Assembly (NCBI GenBank): GCA_038888155.1
Contig: JAWAJB010000004.1
Coordinates: forward strand, 64,001 to 128,000
DNA length: 64,000 bases
Origin: Desulfurococcaceae archaeon
GTDB taxonomy: Archaea; Thermoproteota; Thermoprotei_A; Sulfolobales; Desulfurococcaceae
Reading direction: 5' to 3'
This document shows positions 1-10,823 of this stretch, piece by piece. The notes under the pieces were generated by a model, which worked only from the letters and a program-made list of their open reading frames with translations, had not been told where the DNA came from and did not search any database. The translations under genes and the position numbers were made by a program. Position 1 is the stretch's first letter, and each line of letters opens with the position of its first letter.

Positions 1-49
1 TTTAATAGATTTAACTAAGCTCATATTAAATCACCAATGCAGCCTACTG

Positions 50-1279
50 CTATCTCCTCCTTTCTCCTCTCTTTTTCTTTTCTTTTTCAAAGGTTTTAGG
101 CTTCTCTGGTTTAGGCGGCGGCTTGGGGTAAAGCTTCTTTATTTCATCAACTCTCTCCTCAAACTCCTTGAGCAACTTGTCTCCCACATATCTGCCCGTG
201 AAGAAGTCAACTTTAGCTGCTATTGCCAACTTAGCTGCCAGGAATCTGGCAACCTTGCCCCTCTGCCACCTCGGGCTTTTGTGTATTGTAGGGTGCTGAA
301 ATATTATACCATGCTTTGGCGGCTTGCCGCCTGTTTTAAGGGCCCTGAACAAAGCCTTCTCAGCACCAAGAACTTGAATCGTGCTTGCAGGTAGCTTGGC
401 GAGCTTTTCAAGGCCACCAGCTAAACTAAGTAGTCGCGCCCCGAGCTTTGAGCCCACGAGAGCACATATGTTTGGTGCAACTTCCTTCATTATGGCGTCA
501 ATGTACGTGTCGAGAGTCTCTCTCAGCTTATAGAGATCTATAATTATACCAGCGAGCATTAGAATGTAGTCAAGGTCGAAGTCGCTCAGCTCAGCGCCTA
601 TACTGCTCTTAGCTGCTGACGCAATCTTTTCAGCTTCTTCCTCAGATAGGCCAAACCCAACTAAGTTCTCAGTTGAGAACTTTGATCTATCGCGAAACTC
701 GTACACAATCTTTGCGTATTGCCCGTGGTCCTTCACGAGCTCGTCTAGTTCTGGGAAATGTACACTGTACCATTCTCTTAATCGAGCAACGTATAGGTTT
801 ATTGTCTTGTCTATGTCATCTATGGCCCTAATAGCTTGAACGGCCAGTAAGTCTCTCTTTTGGGCTTCTCTCCTTAACTTACGCCTCGTGTACTCCAACA
901 TGATCTCATGTAGCTTCTCAAAGAACTCTTCAGGTGTCTTCGCTAATCCATGCTTCACGGCAAGCTCGGGGAGGGCCCTCCTCAAAATCAACATAGGCGT
1001 TGCGCCAATCGAGATCTCAGGTGTAATGCCGTATGAAGAAGCAGCTCTTGCTGCCCCGTAGTGCTCTGCCACAATTGCAGTTATCCCTCTGTCCTTTAGC
1101 CTAGATACGAGTTTCTCGTGGTAAGGCGTAATGTCGCCTTTTTCAAGGCTGATGAGGAATTCAACGAGCTCGTCTAGTCTGTTTGGGGGTTCGACGAACT
1201 CGAGAACTTCGTTGTTTTCAGATACTGCGAAAATCCCTATTACCGTTTCCACTATATAAGCTCTATTTGATTCAGACAT
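50..1279 (-). CDS. nop5: Box C/D RNP scaffold protein Nop5 (Nop56/58)
   Basis: Nop domain motifs LREWYSVHFPEL, LPASTIQVLGAEKALF, PPKHGIIFQHP; Lys-rich tail. Confidence 0.97.
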   Translation of the reverse strand: MSESNRAYIVETVIGIFAVSENNEVLEFVEPPNRLDELVEFLISLEKGDITPYHEKLVSRLKDRGITAIVAEHYGAARAASSYGITPEISIGATPMLILRRALPELAVKHGLAKTPEEFFEKLHEIMLEYTRRKLRREAQKRDLLAVQAIRAIDDIDKTINLYVARLREWYSVHFPELDELVKDHGQYAKIVYEFRDRSKFSTENLVGFGLSEEEAEKIASAAKSSIGAELSDFDLDYILMLAGIIIDLYKLRETLDTYIDAIMKEVAPNICALVGSKLGARLLSLAGGLEKLAKLPASTIQVLGAEKALFRALKTGGKPPKHGIIFQHPTIHKSPRWQRGKVARFLAAKLAIAAKVDFFTGRYVGDKLLKEFEERVDEIKKLYPKPPPKPEKPKTFEKEKKKRGERRR

Positions 1280-1362
1280 AATATTTTACCTTGCCAACTA
1301 AAGTTAAGTTAAAAAGCTATTTTTAAATATCGTTATCCATGATTTAAAGCTGGTGTTGAGAA

Positions 1363-1533
1363 ATGCCTACGCACGGTTCGTTAACTAAGGCAGGTAAAGT
1401 GAGAAGTCAGACGCCCAAAATACCTCCAAAGCAAGGTAAGAACAAACCTCCAAGAGTGAGGAACAGAGTAGAGTACGTTAGGAGGTTTGTAAAGCAACAG
1501 GAGTCAGCTACATCGCCGCAACCTGTCTCTTAG
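1363..1533 (+). CDS. rps30e: 30S ribosomal protein S30e (56 aa, absent from the ORF track)
   Basis: Manual translation [23 protein letters not shown]...RVRNRVEY; GGTG SD upstream; ATG 1363, TAG 1531-1533. Confidence 0.95.
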   Translation: MPTHGSLTKAGKVRSQTPKIPPKQGKNKPPRVRNRVEYVRRFVKQQESATSPQPVS

Positions 1534-1627
1534 CGGTTCCTCTCTTCTCGGGATTGCATTTAAGGCCCATTTCATTTAGAAATCGGTTTTATGCTCGCGC
1601 GAGTCGCTAACACTAAAATAGTGCTAT

Positions 1628-3010
1628 TTGCAATACACAGATGTGGTGAAATTAGTGCTAATATACCACGGGTATATGGGTGAAGTTGCGACACTCCTAG
1701 AAGCAAAAGGCATTAGACCTGGAGACAGAGTATCGATAAAGACTCGCGACGGAGGTGTGCTTCAAGGTCTGTTAATGCCTAGGCCATTTCTATACGGGGG
1801 TTCATCTATTATCATAATCAAGCTAGATAGCGGCTACAACGTCGGCATAAAGCTAGATAAGATCGAGAGCATTGAACTCGTCAAGAGGGCAGGCGAAAAG
1901 CCCAAGCTGGAAAAAAGTAAGAAACAGCCCAAATTGAGCTCACCTCGCGTAGCTTTGATTAGCACTGGGGGAACAATAGCCTCAAGGGTAGACTACGAGA
2001 CAGGCGCCGTAACGCCTACACTTACGCCTGAGGAGATAGTTGAGTGGATCCCAGAGCTCGAGGACGTCGCCCTAATAACTGCTAGAGAGGCCTTCAGCAT
2101 ATTTAGTGAGGACATGACGCCTCAGCTGTGGGGACTAATAGCTAAGGAGGTGTATAAAGAAGTAAAGAGCGGCGTTAATGGCGTTGTAGTTGCACACGGC
2201 ACAGACACTATGTCATTCTCTGCTTCTGCCTTGGCCTTTGCTATTCAAAACAAACCCGTGCCCATAGTTTTTGTTGGCGCACAGAGGAGCAGCGATAGGC
2301 CTAGCACTGATGCAGCATCAAACCTCATTGCAGCAGTCCTTGTAGCCACTAAGGCGCCTTTCGCGGAGTCTGTGATCTCAATGCACGGTTTAACATCTGA
2401 CGAGTACGCCTTAGTCCATCGCGGAGTTAAGGTTCGAAAGATGCACACAAGTAGGCGAGACGCATTTCAATCTATAAATGATATGCCATTAGCGGCCGTT
2501 AACATAGCTAAGCAGGAAATCAAGGTTATAGGTACAATTTACGAGCACAGAGACGAGAGCAAAGAGCCTAACTTGATTGACAATTTCGATGATAGAGTGG
2601 CTTTAGTTAAAACATACCCTGGCATTCAACAGGAAATTGTCGACTTCCTTGTAGACAAGGGTTTTCACGGAATAGTGATAGAGGGCACAGGTCTAGGCCA
2701 TGCACCAAATAAACTCGTTGAATCCATTAAAAGAGCAACCGAGCAGGGCATACCAGTGGTTATGACCAGCCAGTGTCTATTTGGGCGTGTAAACATGCGC
2801 GTGTACAGCACGGGAAGAAGATTAATTGAAGCTGGAGTTATCTCAGGACAGGATATGCTACCTGAAACTGCGTACGTTAAGTTATCGTGGATTTTGGGCT
2901 CTATTTCACGCGATTTGAGAGAAGTTGAAAAAATCTTCACTAAAAACATAGTGGGAGAAGTAAACTTCAGGCACCCAATGGATCTGTACCCGAGGTGGCC
3001 CCATGAGTAG
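1628..3010 (+). CDS. gatD: Glu-tRNA(Gln) amidotransferase subunit D (probable start GTG 1655)
   Basis: Asparaginase-type motifs [24 protein letters not shown]; overlaps gatE. Confidence 0.97.
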   Translation: MQYTDVVKLVLIYHGYMGEVATLLEAKGIRPGDRVSIKTRDGGVLQGLLMPRPFLYGGSSIIIIKLDSGYNVGIKLDKIESIELVKRAGEKPKLEKSKKQPKLSSPRVALISTGGTIASRVDYETGAVTPTLTPEEIVEWIPELEDVALITAREAFSIFSEDMTPQLWGLIAKEVYKEVKSGVNGVVVAHGTDTMSFSASALAFAIQNKPVPIVFVGAQRSSDRPSTDAASNLIAAVLVATKAPFAESVISMHGLTSDEYALVHRGVKVRKMHTSRRDAFQSINDMPLAAVNIAKQEIKVIGTIYEHRDESKEPNLIDNFDDRVALVKTYPGIQQEIVDFLVDKGFHGIVIEGTGLGHAPNKLVESIKRATEQGIPVVMTSQCLFGRVNMRVYSTGRRLIEAGVISGQDMLPETAYVKLSWILGSISRDLREVEKIFTKNIVGEVNFRHPMDLYPRWPHE

Positions 3011-4928
3011 GCTAAACTTTGATGCATTTGGTCTAAAAGTGGGGTTGGAAATCCACGCCCAGTTAGATACAAGGCGAAAACTATTCTGTTCATGTCCTAC
3101 AAGGCTTACCCCTCAAATAAAACAACAGCCGTTTATAAGGTACTTGAGGCCTGCGAGGAGCGAGGTAGGAGAAGTAGATCCAGCTGCCCTACTAGAGTGG
3201 AAGAGAAGCAGAGCATACCTTTACTACGCCCCTTCGGAGTCCTCCTGCCTAGTGGAAGCAGATGAAGAGCCTCCCCATGAAATAGACGAGGAGTCGGTAC
3301 TAATTTCACTCGCTGTAGCCAAAGCATTGAACATGAACATTGTTGACGAGGTTCACATTATGAGGAAAATAGTAATCGATGGAAGCAACGTAGGCGGCTT
3401 TCAGAGAACAACGCTAATAGCCCTTGGGGGGTACATAGAGGTTGAAGGCAGGAGAATAGGAATACAGAGCCTCTGCCTTGAGGAAGACGCAGCTAGGAAA
3501 GTAGAAGAGCGGGAGCTGGATGTTCGATACGTTCTTGATAGACTAGGTATACCACTTCTAGAGATTGCAACGGCTCCGGATATTAACACGCCTGAGCTCG
3601 CGCTAAAAACAGCTCTCAAGATAGGTCAATTGATTAGATTGACGGGGAAAGCCAAGCGAGGACTTGGTAGCATAAGGCAAGACCTCAATATTAGCATTAG
3701 CGGGGGTGCCAAAGTTGAAATTAAAGGTGTGCAACACCTATATCTGATCCCCAAGGTAGTTGAATTTGAAGTGCTCAGGCAAGCTAGCTTACTTGAAATA
3801 AGGGATGAACTCAAGAAGAGAAACGTGGATCCGAGCGCGATTGATCAAAAACTAATAGATGTAACTAAGGTCTTTGAAAAAACAGGCTCGAGGGTAATTA
3901 AGAGGGCGCTGTCGCAAGAGGATGGCGCGGTGCTGGCTCTGAGACTGCCAGGTTTTAAAGGGCTTCTTGGCAGGCAAATACAGCCTGGAAGGAGATTTGG
4001 GACAGAGCTAAGCGACTACGCTAAGGTGTGGGGAGGCATAGAGGGCATTATACATACTGATGAGCTCCCCGCCTACGGGATAACAAGTGAAGAGGTTCGC
4101 GGGCTTTACTCCGAAGCTGGTGCTGACCCAAACAAAGATGGAGTTATAATAGCCGCAGATACGAGGGATAAAGCCGAGAAAGCTCTTCGCGCAGTTGCTG
4201 AAAGAGCCGCTTATGCCCCAATTGGTGTTCCAGAAGAAACTCGTGCCTCTAATCCCGATGGTACAACAAGGTACATGAGGCCTAGACCGGGGTCCGCCAG
4301 AATGTACCCAGAGACAGACATCCCTCCCATACTCGTAACCCAGGAGATTTTAGCAAAAGCAAGTACGTATGTCCCAGAACACCCAGATTTGAAGTACAAG
4401 AGGTTCACAGAAGTTCACGGGCTTAGCAGAGAGCTCGCCTTAGCGATATTGAACGACATTAGGTTGGATCTCTACGAATATCTCGCTGAAAAATACCGTC
4501 AACAGATCCCGTGTTCTATTATTGCATCCCTATTCGTCAACACCGTACCAGCCCTTAGAAGAGATGGTATTGCTGTTGATGAAATAATAGAAGATGTAGC
4601 AGAAGAGATCATTAGATCTGTTGCTACAGGCGCAGTTGCTAAAGAGGCTATACCAGATCTGCTCACTTTCATAGCAAAGAATCCAAGCGCTAGCCTATCT
4701 AAAGCCATAGAGAACTTAGGATTAAGTAAGCTGAGCACAGAGCAATTGGATCAAATGATTTCAAGGATAATAGAGGAGAATAAAGAGAGGCTCGTTGAAA
4801 GAAAAGATAAAGCGTTTACAATAGTGATGGGCGAAGTAATGAAGCAAATCCGCGGGAAAGTGGATGGAAAACTAGTAGCAGATAGAGTGAAAATTAAATT
4901 AAGGGAGATTCTCAATATCTCCACATAG
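3003..4928 (+). CDS. gatE: Glu-tRNA(Gln) amidotransferase subunit E
   Basis: [38 protein letters not shown]. Confidence 0.97.
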   Translation: MSRLNFDAFGLKVGLEIHAQLDTRRKLFCSCPTRLTPQIKQQPFIRYLRPARSEVGEVDPAALLEWKRSRAYLYYAPSESSCLVEADEEPPHEIDEESVLISLAVAKALNMNIVDEVHIMRKIVIDGSNVGGFQRTTLIALGGYIEVEGRRIGIQSLCLEEDAARKVEERELDVRYVLDRLGIPLLEIATAPDINTPELALKTALKIGQLIRLTGKAKRGLGSIRQDLNISISGGAKVEIKGVQHLYLIPKVVEFEVLRQASLLEIRDELKKRNVDPSAIDQKLIDVTKVFEKTGSRVIKRALSQEDGAVLALRLPGFKGLLGRQIQPGRRFGTELSDYAKVWGGIEGIIHTDELPAYGITSEEVRGLYSEAGADPNKDGVIIAADTRDKAEKALRAVAERAAYAPIGVPEETRASNPDGTTRYMRPRPGSARMYPETDIPPILVTQEILAKASTYVPEHPDLKYKRFTEVHGLSRELALAILNDIRLDLYEYLAEKYRQQIPCSIIASLFVNTVPALRRDGIAVDEIIEDVAEEIIRSVATGAVAKEAIPDLLTFIAKNPSASLSKAIENLGLSKLSTEQLDQMISRIIEENKERLVERKDKAFTIVMGEVMKQIRGKVDGKLVADRVKIKLREILNIST

Positions 4929-4982
4929 CGATGAGGAGTACTCCCGAAAATGAAGAGTGATTGAAAGGCATTTGTCCGAGCT
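4927..4982 (+). ncRNA. Box C/D methylation guide sRNA candidate
   Basis: C ATGAGGA 4931-37, 12-nt guide, D' ATGA 4950-53, C' GTGATTG 4957-63, guide, D CCGA 4976-79, terminal AGC/GCT stem; D guide complementary to a conserved 23S segment. Confidence 0.72.
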
Positions 4983-5061
4983 GCCGTGAGATTGAAAAAG
5001 TGTGCAACAGTTAGATCGCTTATTAATGCCGTACTTTTAATTTAACAGTGTTCATAAGACA

Positions 5062-6009
5062 ATGAACGTGGTTGACTTGGTCAATAAACTGCCGCAAGCC
5101 TGGAAAATTGCCGCACTGCTTAACCGGGGGTATAATCTCGCTGAAGTGTGCAAGTTCCTAGGAATGAGAAGTGCCTCAAAGCTCTCCTCGACGATAAGTA
5201 GACTCATAAGGACTGGAGTTATGAGCAAGCACGTTGTCGTGCCCCTAGAGGCATTAAAGCACCCAGTGTCAATAGCGATACTCGAGAAGTATCAGAAGAC
5301 AAATAAGCCTTGCTTCAAAAGAGCTCCGCGTACAATATTACAGTACTATGCCTTTTCTGGAGGATCAACAGAGATTTACTACTTGCTGGAGAATTGCGCG
5401 TTGGTTGAAGATCTATTTGATCCTGCGGTATGTAGACTTGAGATATGCGAACAGGTGGTAAACACTTTAACCCCCCTAGAGAATCCAGATGAGGCTAAGT
5501 TAAGACTAGTGCCAATTGGCAACTTGCTTAAACATTGTGCAGGCACGCTTGACGACCTGGACCAAGATCTCCTGCTCGATGTTTTCCGCTTATTTAATCC
5601 TCCCATCGAAAGAGTTAAGAACAATAAGAGCTTGATATTGTTGCTTGAACAAAGGCTAGGTACCAAAGGAGCTAGGTATCACTACTATAAACACATTAAG
5701 AAGTGCGTGGTTCAGCACTACGCCCTAAGGGGTATGGGAGACTTTATTCTACTTCTTGTCTACTCTGCCTCAGCCAAGGAACTTGAAGACTTGCTCAACA
5801 CTCTCGTTGAAAACGAACTTGTGAATGGGGTGTGGCAGGTTACCTGCTTAACTAATGAGCCTATAATTGCCCTCATACACTCGTGGGGCCAGGTAGAAAA
5901 ATTCGTTGACCCAGACTACGTCCATGAATACATAAAAAACACTAACTACACAGTATACCCAGTAATTGGTGTAAGCCATGGGTTTGCAACCTCTTCCGCC
6001 AGATCTTGA
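5062..6009 (+). CDS. Uncharacterised protein with N-terminal HTH (possibly Lrp/AsnC-like two-repeat regulator)
   Basis: 315-aa ORF; HTH-like NLAEVCKFLGM..SKLSSTISRL; second LDDLDQDLL helix; 32-bp overlap with the phosphatase gene. Confidence 0.5.
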   Translation: MNVVDLVNKLPQAWKIAALLNRGYNLAEVCKFLGMRSASKLSSTISRLIRTGVMSKHVVVPLEALKHPVSIAILEKYQKTNKPCFKRAPRTILQYYAFSGGSTEIYYLLENCALVEDLFDPAVCRLEICEQVVNTLTPLENPDEAKLRLVPIGNLLKHCAGTLDDLDQDLLLDVFRLFNPPIERVKNNKSLILLLEQRLGTKGARYHYYKHIKKCVVQHYALRGMGDFILLLVYSASAKELEDLLNTLVENELVNGVWQVTCLTNEPIIALIHSWGQVEKFVDPDYVHEYIKNTNYTVYPVIGVSHGFATSSARS

Positions 6010-6928
6010 AAAAATTCACAAAGATTCCTTAGAGCAGGTCAAAAAAGCCCAGGCCTTCAGGTCCCTACTAGAGAGGGCTATTACGTTCGTTAGTTCCCCT
6101 CCAAGGCATGGATTGTACAATAAACCGGGTGTGCTTGAAGTAAGCGGTAAGGGAAACTATGTGTTTATAGGCGACCTGCATGGGGATTACTATGCCCTAT
6201 TAAGTGTCTTAGCCAATGTATGGAGCGATGTAAAGGGAGGGCACACTATTGTATTTCTAGGTGACTACGTAGATAGAGGATACATGCAAGTGGAAACGCT
6301 TTCCTTTGTGTTAAACCTGAAAGAAAGTTTACCAGAACAAACGGTTCTCATAAGGGGAAACCACGAACCGCCGCGTTCCCTTATACCTCATCCACATGAT
6401 TATCCAACGCAATTGGGTCACAAGTTTGGTTCAGATGGAGGCGAACTATATGATCTTTCCTTAGCGCTTTTCGACTCATTTCCGCTAGGCGTAGTGGAAG
6501 AGGGTCTGTTTTTTGCTGTCCACGGAGGACCTCCATTAAATGTCCTGAACAAAAAGAACTGGAGAGAAGCGCTTGAAATTGGGAGAGATGCGTTCACTCA
6601 AAGTACAATAGAGGAAATTCTATGGAGCGATCCAACCGAGCTAAACGTAAACTATGTCCCATCCCCTAGAGGAGCTGGTGTGCTATACAGTCGTTTTGTC
6701 AGCGAAAAGGCACTGCAACTTATAAAGGGGAAGATCATTATTAGGGCTCACCAGGCTGTCAACGGCTTTGAATTCGCTCATAACGGCATGGTAGTAACTG
6801 TGTTCACATCTCCCCTGGTTTACGGATTAGACTGTGCAGGTACACTCAAGCTGGAGTACAACGAAGTGACAAGCGCGCACGAGGTAAAAACTATATGCGT
6901 TCGCCCGGTAAGAGCTATCGGCACTTAA
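5978..6928 (+). CDS. PPP-family Ser/Thr protein phosphatase
   Basis: GDLHG, GDYVDRG, RGNHE, VHGG, LWSDP, RAHQ motifs. Confidence 0.92.
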   Translation: MGLQPLPPDLEKIHKDSLEQVKKAQAFRSLLERAITFVSSPPRHGLYNKPGVLEVSGKGNYVFIGDLHGDYYALLSVLANVWSDVKGGHTIVFLGDYVDRGYMQVETLSFVLNLKESLPEQTVLIRGNHEPPRSLIPHPHDYPTQLGHKFGSDGGELYDLSLALFDSFPLGVVEEGLFFAVHGGPPLNVLNKKNWREALEIGRDAFTQSTIEEILWSDPTELNVNYVPSPRGAGVLYSRFVSEKALQLIKGKIIIRAHQAVNGFEFAHNGMVVTVFTSPLVYGLDCAGTLKLEYNEVTSAHEVKTICVRPVRAIGT

Positions 6929-6979
6929 AGCGCTTAATAGGACCCTTTGCTCTATAAGGAATCTACGGGGATGAAGTGA

Positions 6980-7264
6980 ATGCGAACTCAGTATAAACGG
7001 AAGCTGATTGACAGCATTGAGAGCACAGTGGGGGACATCATAAATGACCTAATAGATAAATACTACGGAGATAGAGTAGAGACAGAGCTAGAGTACGAGA
7101 GATTAATTTACTCTATAGCACGATGTATTAGAAGAGAGGTATTTGAAAACAACGCTTCGCTCAACGAAATCATTGAATACCTAAACAAGTTGCGCACAAA
7201 AAAGAGCTCAGCAAGATTTGTCCTCAGCTATCTGATCGCCACAGCCTTGGAGGAGCCCGATTAA
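6980..7264 (+). CDS. Hypothetical helical protein
   Basis: 94-aa ORF with purine-rich SD, fills the gap in a co-oriented run. Confidence 0.65.
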   Translation: MRTQYKRKLIDSIESTVGDIINDLIDKYYGDRVETELEYERLIYSIARCIRREVFENNASLNEIIEYLNKLRTKKSSARFVLSYLIATALEEPD

Positions 7265-7316
7265 ATGATCCCTAAAGTACATCGACAAGATAAGTAAAAA
7301 CAGCTTTAAAGCAATA

Positions 7317-8228
7317 TTGTTTACTCAGGGGGTATTTATTCCTACTAAACGTGTTCAGAAGAAACTCTACGACAGCTCTAGTAAAAGTGAGAAAGTAAAT
7401 AAAAAGGCAGAGCAGAAAGATAAAGAAAATCAATTGCCGGATTTGACCTCCACAACGCCTTCAAGGCTTCAATCTGCAAGATATCATTCAAGAGGTCGGA
7501 AGGCGAGAAGTGTTGACACGGACAAGCTCCTAGAGGATGTATTTGATCAAGTCGATTCAATATTTGCCCTTACAACTGAGCTAGGACTAAGCAGTGAAAC
7601 TGCCCGTGAAATAGTTAAAGACGTAGTTGACTTAATAGCTTCTGGGTACAGCAGTAGACCTGACCCCGAGGCGGTTATAAAAAAGATCAAAAGGAACAGC
7701 AAAGCGATAGCCGAATTAATTGCAACGAAGATCCTCAGCATCTTTGAAAAGCCCGCTCCAAAGCAACTAGAGTTTATAGCAATCTACGGGGGAAAGGCTG
7801 TAATAAGCGAGGCAAATAAATTGTACAGGCTATCTGTTAGCTATGGTAGAGAAGATATAGTCACAGCCTTAAGGCATGCTTGGAACAATTTAGGGCCTAA
7901 GGGTATGGTATCTTGCCCAAAATGCGGATTTAACTCTATTCTATCCGATAGGTCTTGCTTAATATGCGGAGCAATCGTCTCAGATGAGTACATAAAGTCA
8001 GCGCTCGAGTTTTCTGAGAAATTTGAGCTTTATTTAAAGGTTGCGAGTTGCGCAGAGCTAAACGAAATACTACAGCTTGGGTACGTGTTATTAAGCAAGA
8101 AAGGCGTCTACAGCCCGAGATCCCAGAGAGCCCTTTTAGAAAACCCCATTGTTTACCCCATTTACTTGAAAAGAAATGAGCTCTCAAGGCTTGTTGAGGA
8201 GTTGGCTACGCGCGAAGTCAGCGTATAG
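7317..8228 (+). CDS. Hypothetical protein with Zn ribbon
   Basis: CPKC-x10-CLIC; charged, disordered N-terminus; start codon uncertain. Confidence 0.7.
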   Translation: MFTQGVFIPTKRVQKKLYDSSSKSEKVNKKAEQKDKENQLPDLTSTTPSRLQSARYHSRGRKARSVDTDKLLEDVFDQVDSIFALTTELGLSSETAREIVKDVVDLIASGYSSRPDPEAVIKKIKRNSKAIAELIATKILSIFEKPAPKQLEFIAIYGGKAVISEANKLYRLSVSYGREDIVTALRHAWNNLGPKGMVSCPKCGFNSILSDRSCLICGAIVSDEYIKSALEFSEKFELYLKVASCAELNEILQLGYVLLSKKGVYSPRSQRALLENPIVYPIYLKRNELSRLVEELATREVSV

Positions 8229-8229
8229 C

Positions 8230-8577
8230 TTAAACCCTTACGCTTATATCTCTAGCCTTGAAAGTCTCCCTTATGCTTCTCCTAACGATCTTTAAGTTTA
8301 AATCCACAGTGCTCAGAGTACCTATTTGCTCGAACACTAGTTCCCCCCTATAGTAAACTCTTAACGTGGGCAAATCGTTAACGTCAGCTATTTCTGGGTG
8401 CTCTTTTATGTTAACCCTGCAGAAAAGCATATTTTGATCAACGGACTTGGAGAACTCTTTCATCGATTCGTGCATTATTTGGCAGTCTCTATCATTAGGC
8501 TCGTAGAATTCAACTAGCACCACTTCATTTCCTCTAATAGCCCTTATGAACTCTTCCTTTGACTTAAGTTCATACAT
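8230..8577 (-). CDS. Thioredoxin-fold protein lacking CxxC
   Basis: VLVEFYEPNDRDCQ, FCRVNIKEHPEIA, LPTLRVYYRGE match the Trx pattern; DxxC in place of CxxC. Confidence 0.8.
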   Translation of the reverse strand: MYELKSKEEFIRAIRGNEVVLVEFYEPNDRDCQIMHESMKEFSKSVDQNMLFCRVNIKEHPEIADVNDLPTLRVYYRGELVFEQIGTLSTVDLNLKIVRRSIRETFKARDISVRV

Positions 8578-8738
8578 TCCCTTCCATCTCTCGGGCTTCT
8601 CCCGCTAATTTTTTAACCCGTAGGCTGTATTAAATTTGGCTTAAAAATTTTACTTAGATCATTTATTTAATCATGGTAAGAAAATTTATATAGAACCAGT
8701 TGAGATAACGAGATACCGGGCTTATACAGGTGAGTTAA

Positions 8739-10397
8739 ATGGCTCTATATGGTGTACCTGTATTAATTTTAAAGGAAGGAACAAAGAGAACCATTGGAAG
8801 AGACGCTATAAGATCAAACATTGCTGCAGCTCGAGCGCTTTCAGAAGTTTTAAAAACAAGTTTGGGCCCTCGTGGCTTAGATAAAATGCTCGTCGATAGC
8901 TTCGGAGATGTAACCGTCACAAATGACGGTGCAGCCATAGTAAAGGAAATGGAAGTCCAGCACCCAGCGGCTAAGCTACTTGTCGAGGTTGCTAAGGCCC
9001 AAGACGCTGAAGTTGGAGATGGAACTACTAGTGCAGTAGTTCTTGCAGGAAGTCTGCTCTCAAAAGCCGAAGAGCTGCTTGATCAAGACGTTCACCCTAG
9101 CATTATAATTGATGGATACACTAAGGCCTTAAGGGAGTCAATTAAAATCTTGCATGAAAATGCCCTATCTATTGATATTAAGGATAGAGAAACTCTCAGA
9201 AAAATAGTCAAAACATCTATAGCGAGCAAGTACATTGGCGGGGATGTAATTTCAAATAAGCTTACTGAGATAGCTATAGATGCAGCAATATCCGTGGCGG
9301 ATCCTAAGCCCGACGGCACGCTAGACTTCAAGGTAGATGACGTTAAAATAGAAAAGAAGAAGGGCGGAAACGTTATCGACACTCAGCTAGTGTACGGCAT
9401 TATACTTGACAAAGAAGTCGTTCATCCCGGCATGCCTAGAAGAGTGGAGAAGGCAAAGATAGCGCTCCTAGATGCAGCACTAGAAGTAGAGAAGCCGGAA
9501 ATAACCGCAAAGATCAACATAACGAGTCCAGAGATGATTAAGGCTTTCCTCGACGAGGAGTCTAAGATCTTAAAAGAAATGGTAGACAAATTAGCTGAAG
9601 TTGGAGCCAACGTTGTTGTGTGCCAGAAGGGCATAGATGAAGTTGCTCAGCACTTCTTGGCGAAAAAGGGCATCCTCGCCGTTAGGAGAGTGAAGAGGAG
9701 CGACCTCGAGAAGCTCGAGAGGGCATCAGGGGGAAGAATAGTAAGTAGCATAAAAGACCTTAAGCCAGAAGATCTAGGCTACGCCGAGCTCGTAGAGGAG
9801 AGAAAGATAGGAAACGACAAAATGGTGTTCATTGAGGGTTGCAAGAACCCCAAGGCCGTGACTATATTGGTGCGCGGAGCTAGCGACATGGTACTAGATG
9901 AAATAGAGAGAAGCTTAAAAGACGCACTAAATGTTCTTAGAAACATAATGAAGGAGCCCCGAATTGTAGCTGGAGGCGGCTCCGTGGAGCTAGAGATTGC
10001 AATGAAGCTGAGAGATTTCGCTACCAAGATCGGCGGCAAGGAACAACTGGCTATTGAGGCATTTGCCTCAGCTCTAGAAGAAATACCAATGATTCTCGCA
10101 TCTTCCTGTGGCAAAGACCCGCTTGAGGCCCTAATGGAGCTTAGAAAATACCACGCAGAGGGTAAGCGTACTGCAGGCATAGACGTTATATCCAGCAGCA
10201 TAATTGATAACATCGTGGGCAAGAACATATTAGAGCCCGTACTAGTTAAGGAATCAATGATCAAGACAGCTGCTGAAGCTGCGTTGGCTATATTGAAGAT
10301 AGATGACGTAATAGCAGCAAGCCCAATGAAGAAAGAGGAAAAGGGCAAAGGAGGAGAATTCAAGGGAGAGGAGTCCTTTCCCAAGACAGAATTTTAA
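8739..10397 (+). CDS. thsA: Thermosome (group II chaperonin) subunit, alpha-like
   Basis: [23 protein letters not shown], helical protrusion. Confidence 0.95.
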   Translation: MALYGVPVLILKEGTKRTIGRDAIRSNIAAARALSEVLKTSLGPRGLDKMLVDSFGDVTVTNDGAAIVKEMEVQHPAAKLLVEVAKAQDAEVGDGTTSAVVLAGSLLSKAEELLDQDVHPSIIIDGYTKALRESIKILHENALSIDIKDRETLRKIVKTSIASKYIGGDVISNKLTEIAIDAAISVADPKPDGTLDFKVDDVKIEKKKGGNVIDTQLVYGIILDKEVVHPGMPRRVEKAKIALLDAALEVEKPEITAKINITSPEMIKAFLDEESKILKEMVDKLAEVGANVVVCQKGIDEVAQHFLAKKGILAVRRVKRSDLEKLERASGGRIVSSIKDLKPEDLGYAELVEERKIGNDKMVFIEGCKNPKAVTILVRGASDMVLDEIERSLKDALNVLRNIMKEPRIVAGGGSVELEIAMKLRDFATKIGGKEQLAIEAFASALEEIPMILASSCGKDPLEALMELRKYHAEGKRTAGIDVISSSIIDNIVGKNILEPVLVKESMIKTAAEAALAILKIDDVIAASPMKKEEKGKGGEFKGEESFPKTEF

Positions 10398-10472
10398 GTT
10401 ACAAAGGACTTAAACAATAAAAATTTTTAAGTAAATTTATTACTTTTTAATCCCTAAATATCTGTATTATTC

Positions 10473-10823
10473 TTGTTTTCCGCGAATAGGTGTACAAACT
10501 TGACAGAGGCAACCTTAGATATTTACGCAACCGTTATAGAAAAAAGACTCACTAGGTTCGAGCTAGCCAGAATAATAGGGGCAAGAGCGCTGCAGCTATC
10601 TATGGGGGCCCCTCCGCTTATAGACATCTCTGACATCGAGGTAAAGGATCCTGTCTACATTGCAACACTAGAACTAATAAAAGGATTTCTCCCCATGTCT
10701 ATTTTAAGGCCAAAGAGCAAAGGTGAATACGAGCTTGTGCCAATCAATAAACTCATTGACCCAGAAATTAAGCGATATCTTGAGTCTATTCTCGAAAGCT
10801 GGGATATCAATCGTAGAGTATAG
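10473..10823 (+). CDS. rpoK: RNA polymerase subunit Rpo6/K (probable start TTG 10500)
   Basis: [24 protein letters not shown]. Confidence 0.95.
   Translation: MFSANRCTNLTEATLDIYATVIEKRLTRFELARIIGARALQLSMGAPPLIDISDIEVKDPVYIATLELIKGFLPMSILRPKSKGEYELVPINKLIDPEIKRYLESILESWDINRRV

Noticed and set aside
9779-10384. Long antisense ORFs (this 201-aa one and similar ones in tuf, rpoB, cdc48, pyrG)
   Set aside because: Ser/Ile/Phe-rich shadows of conserved genes, explained by sense-strand codon bias.
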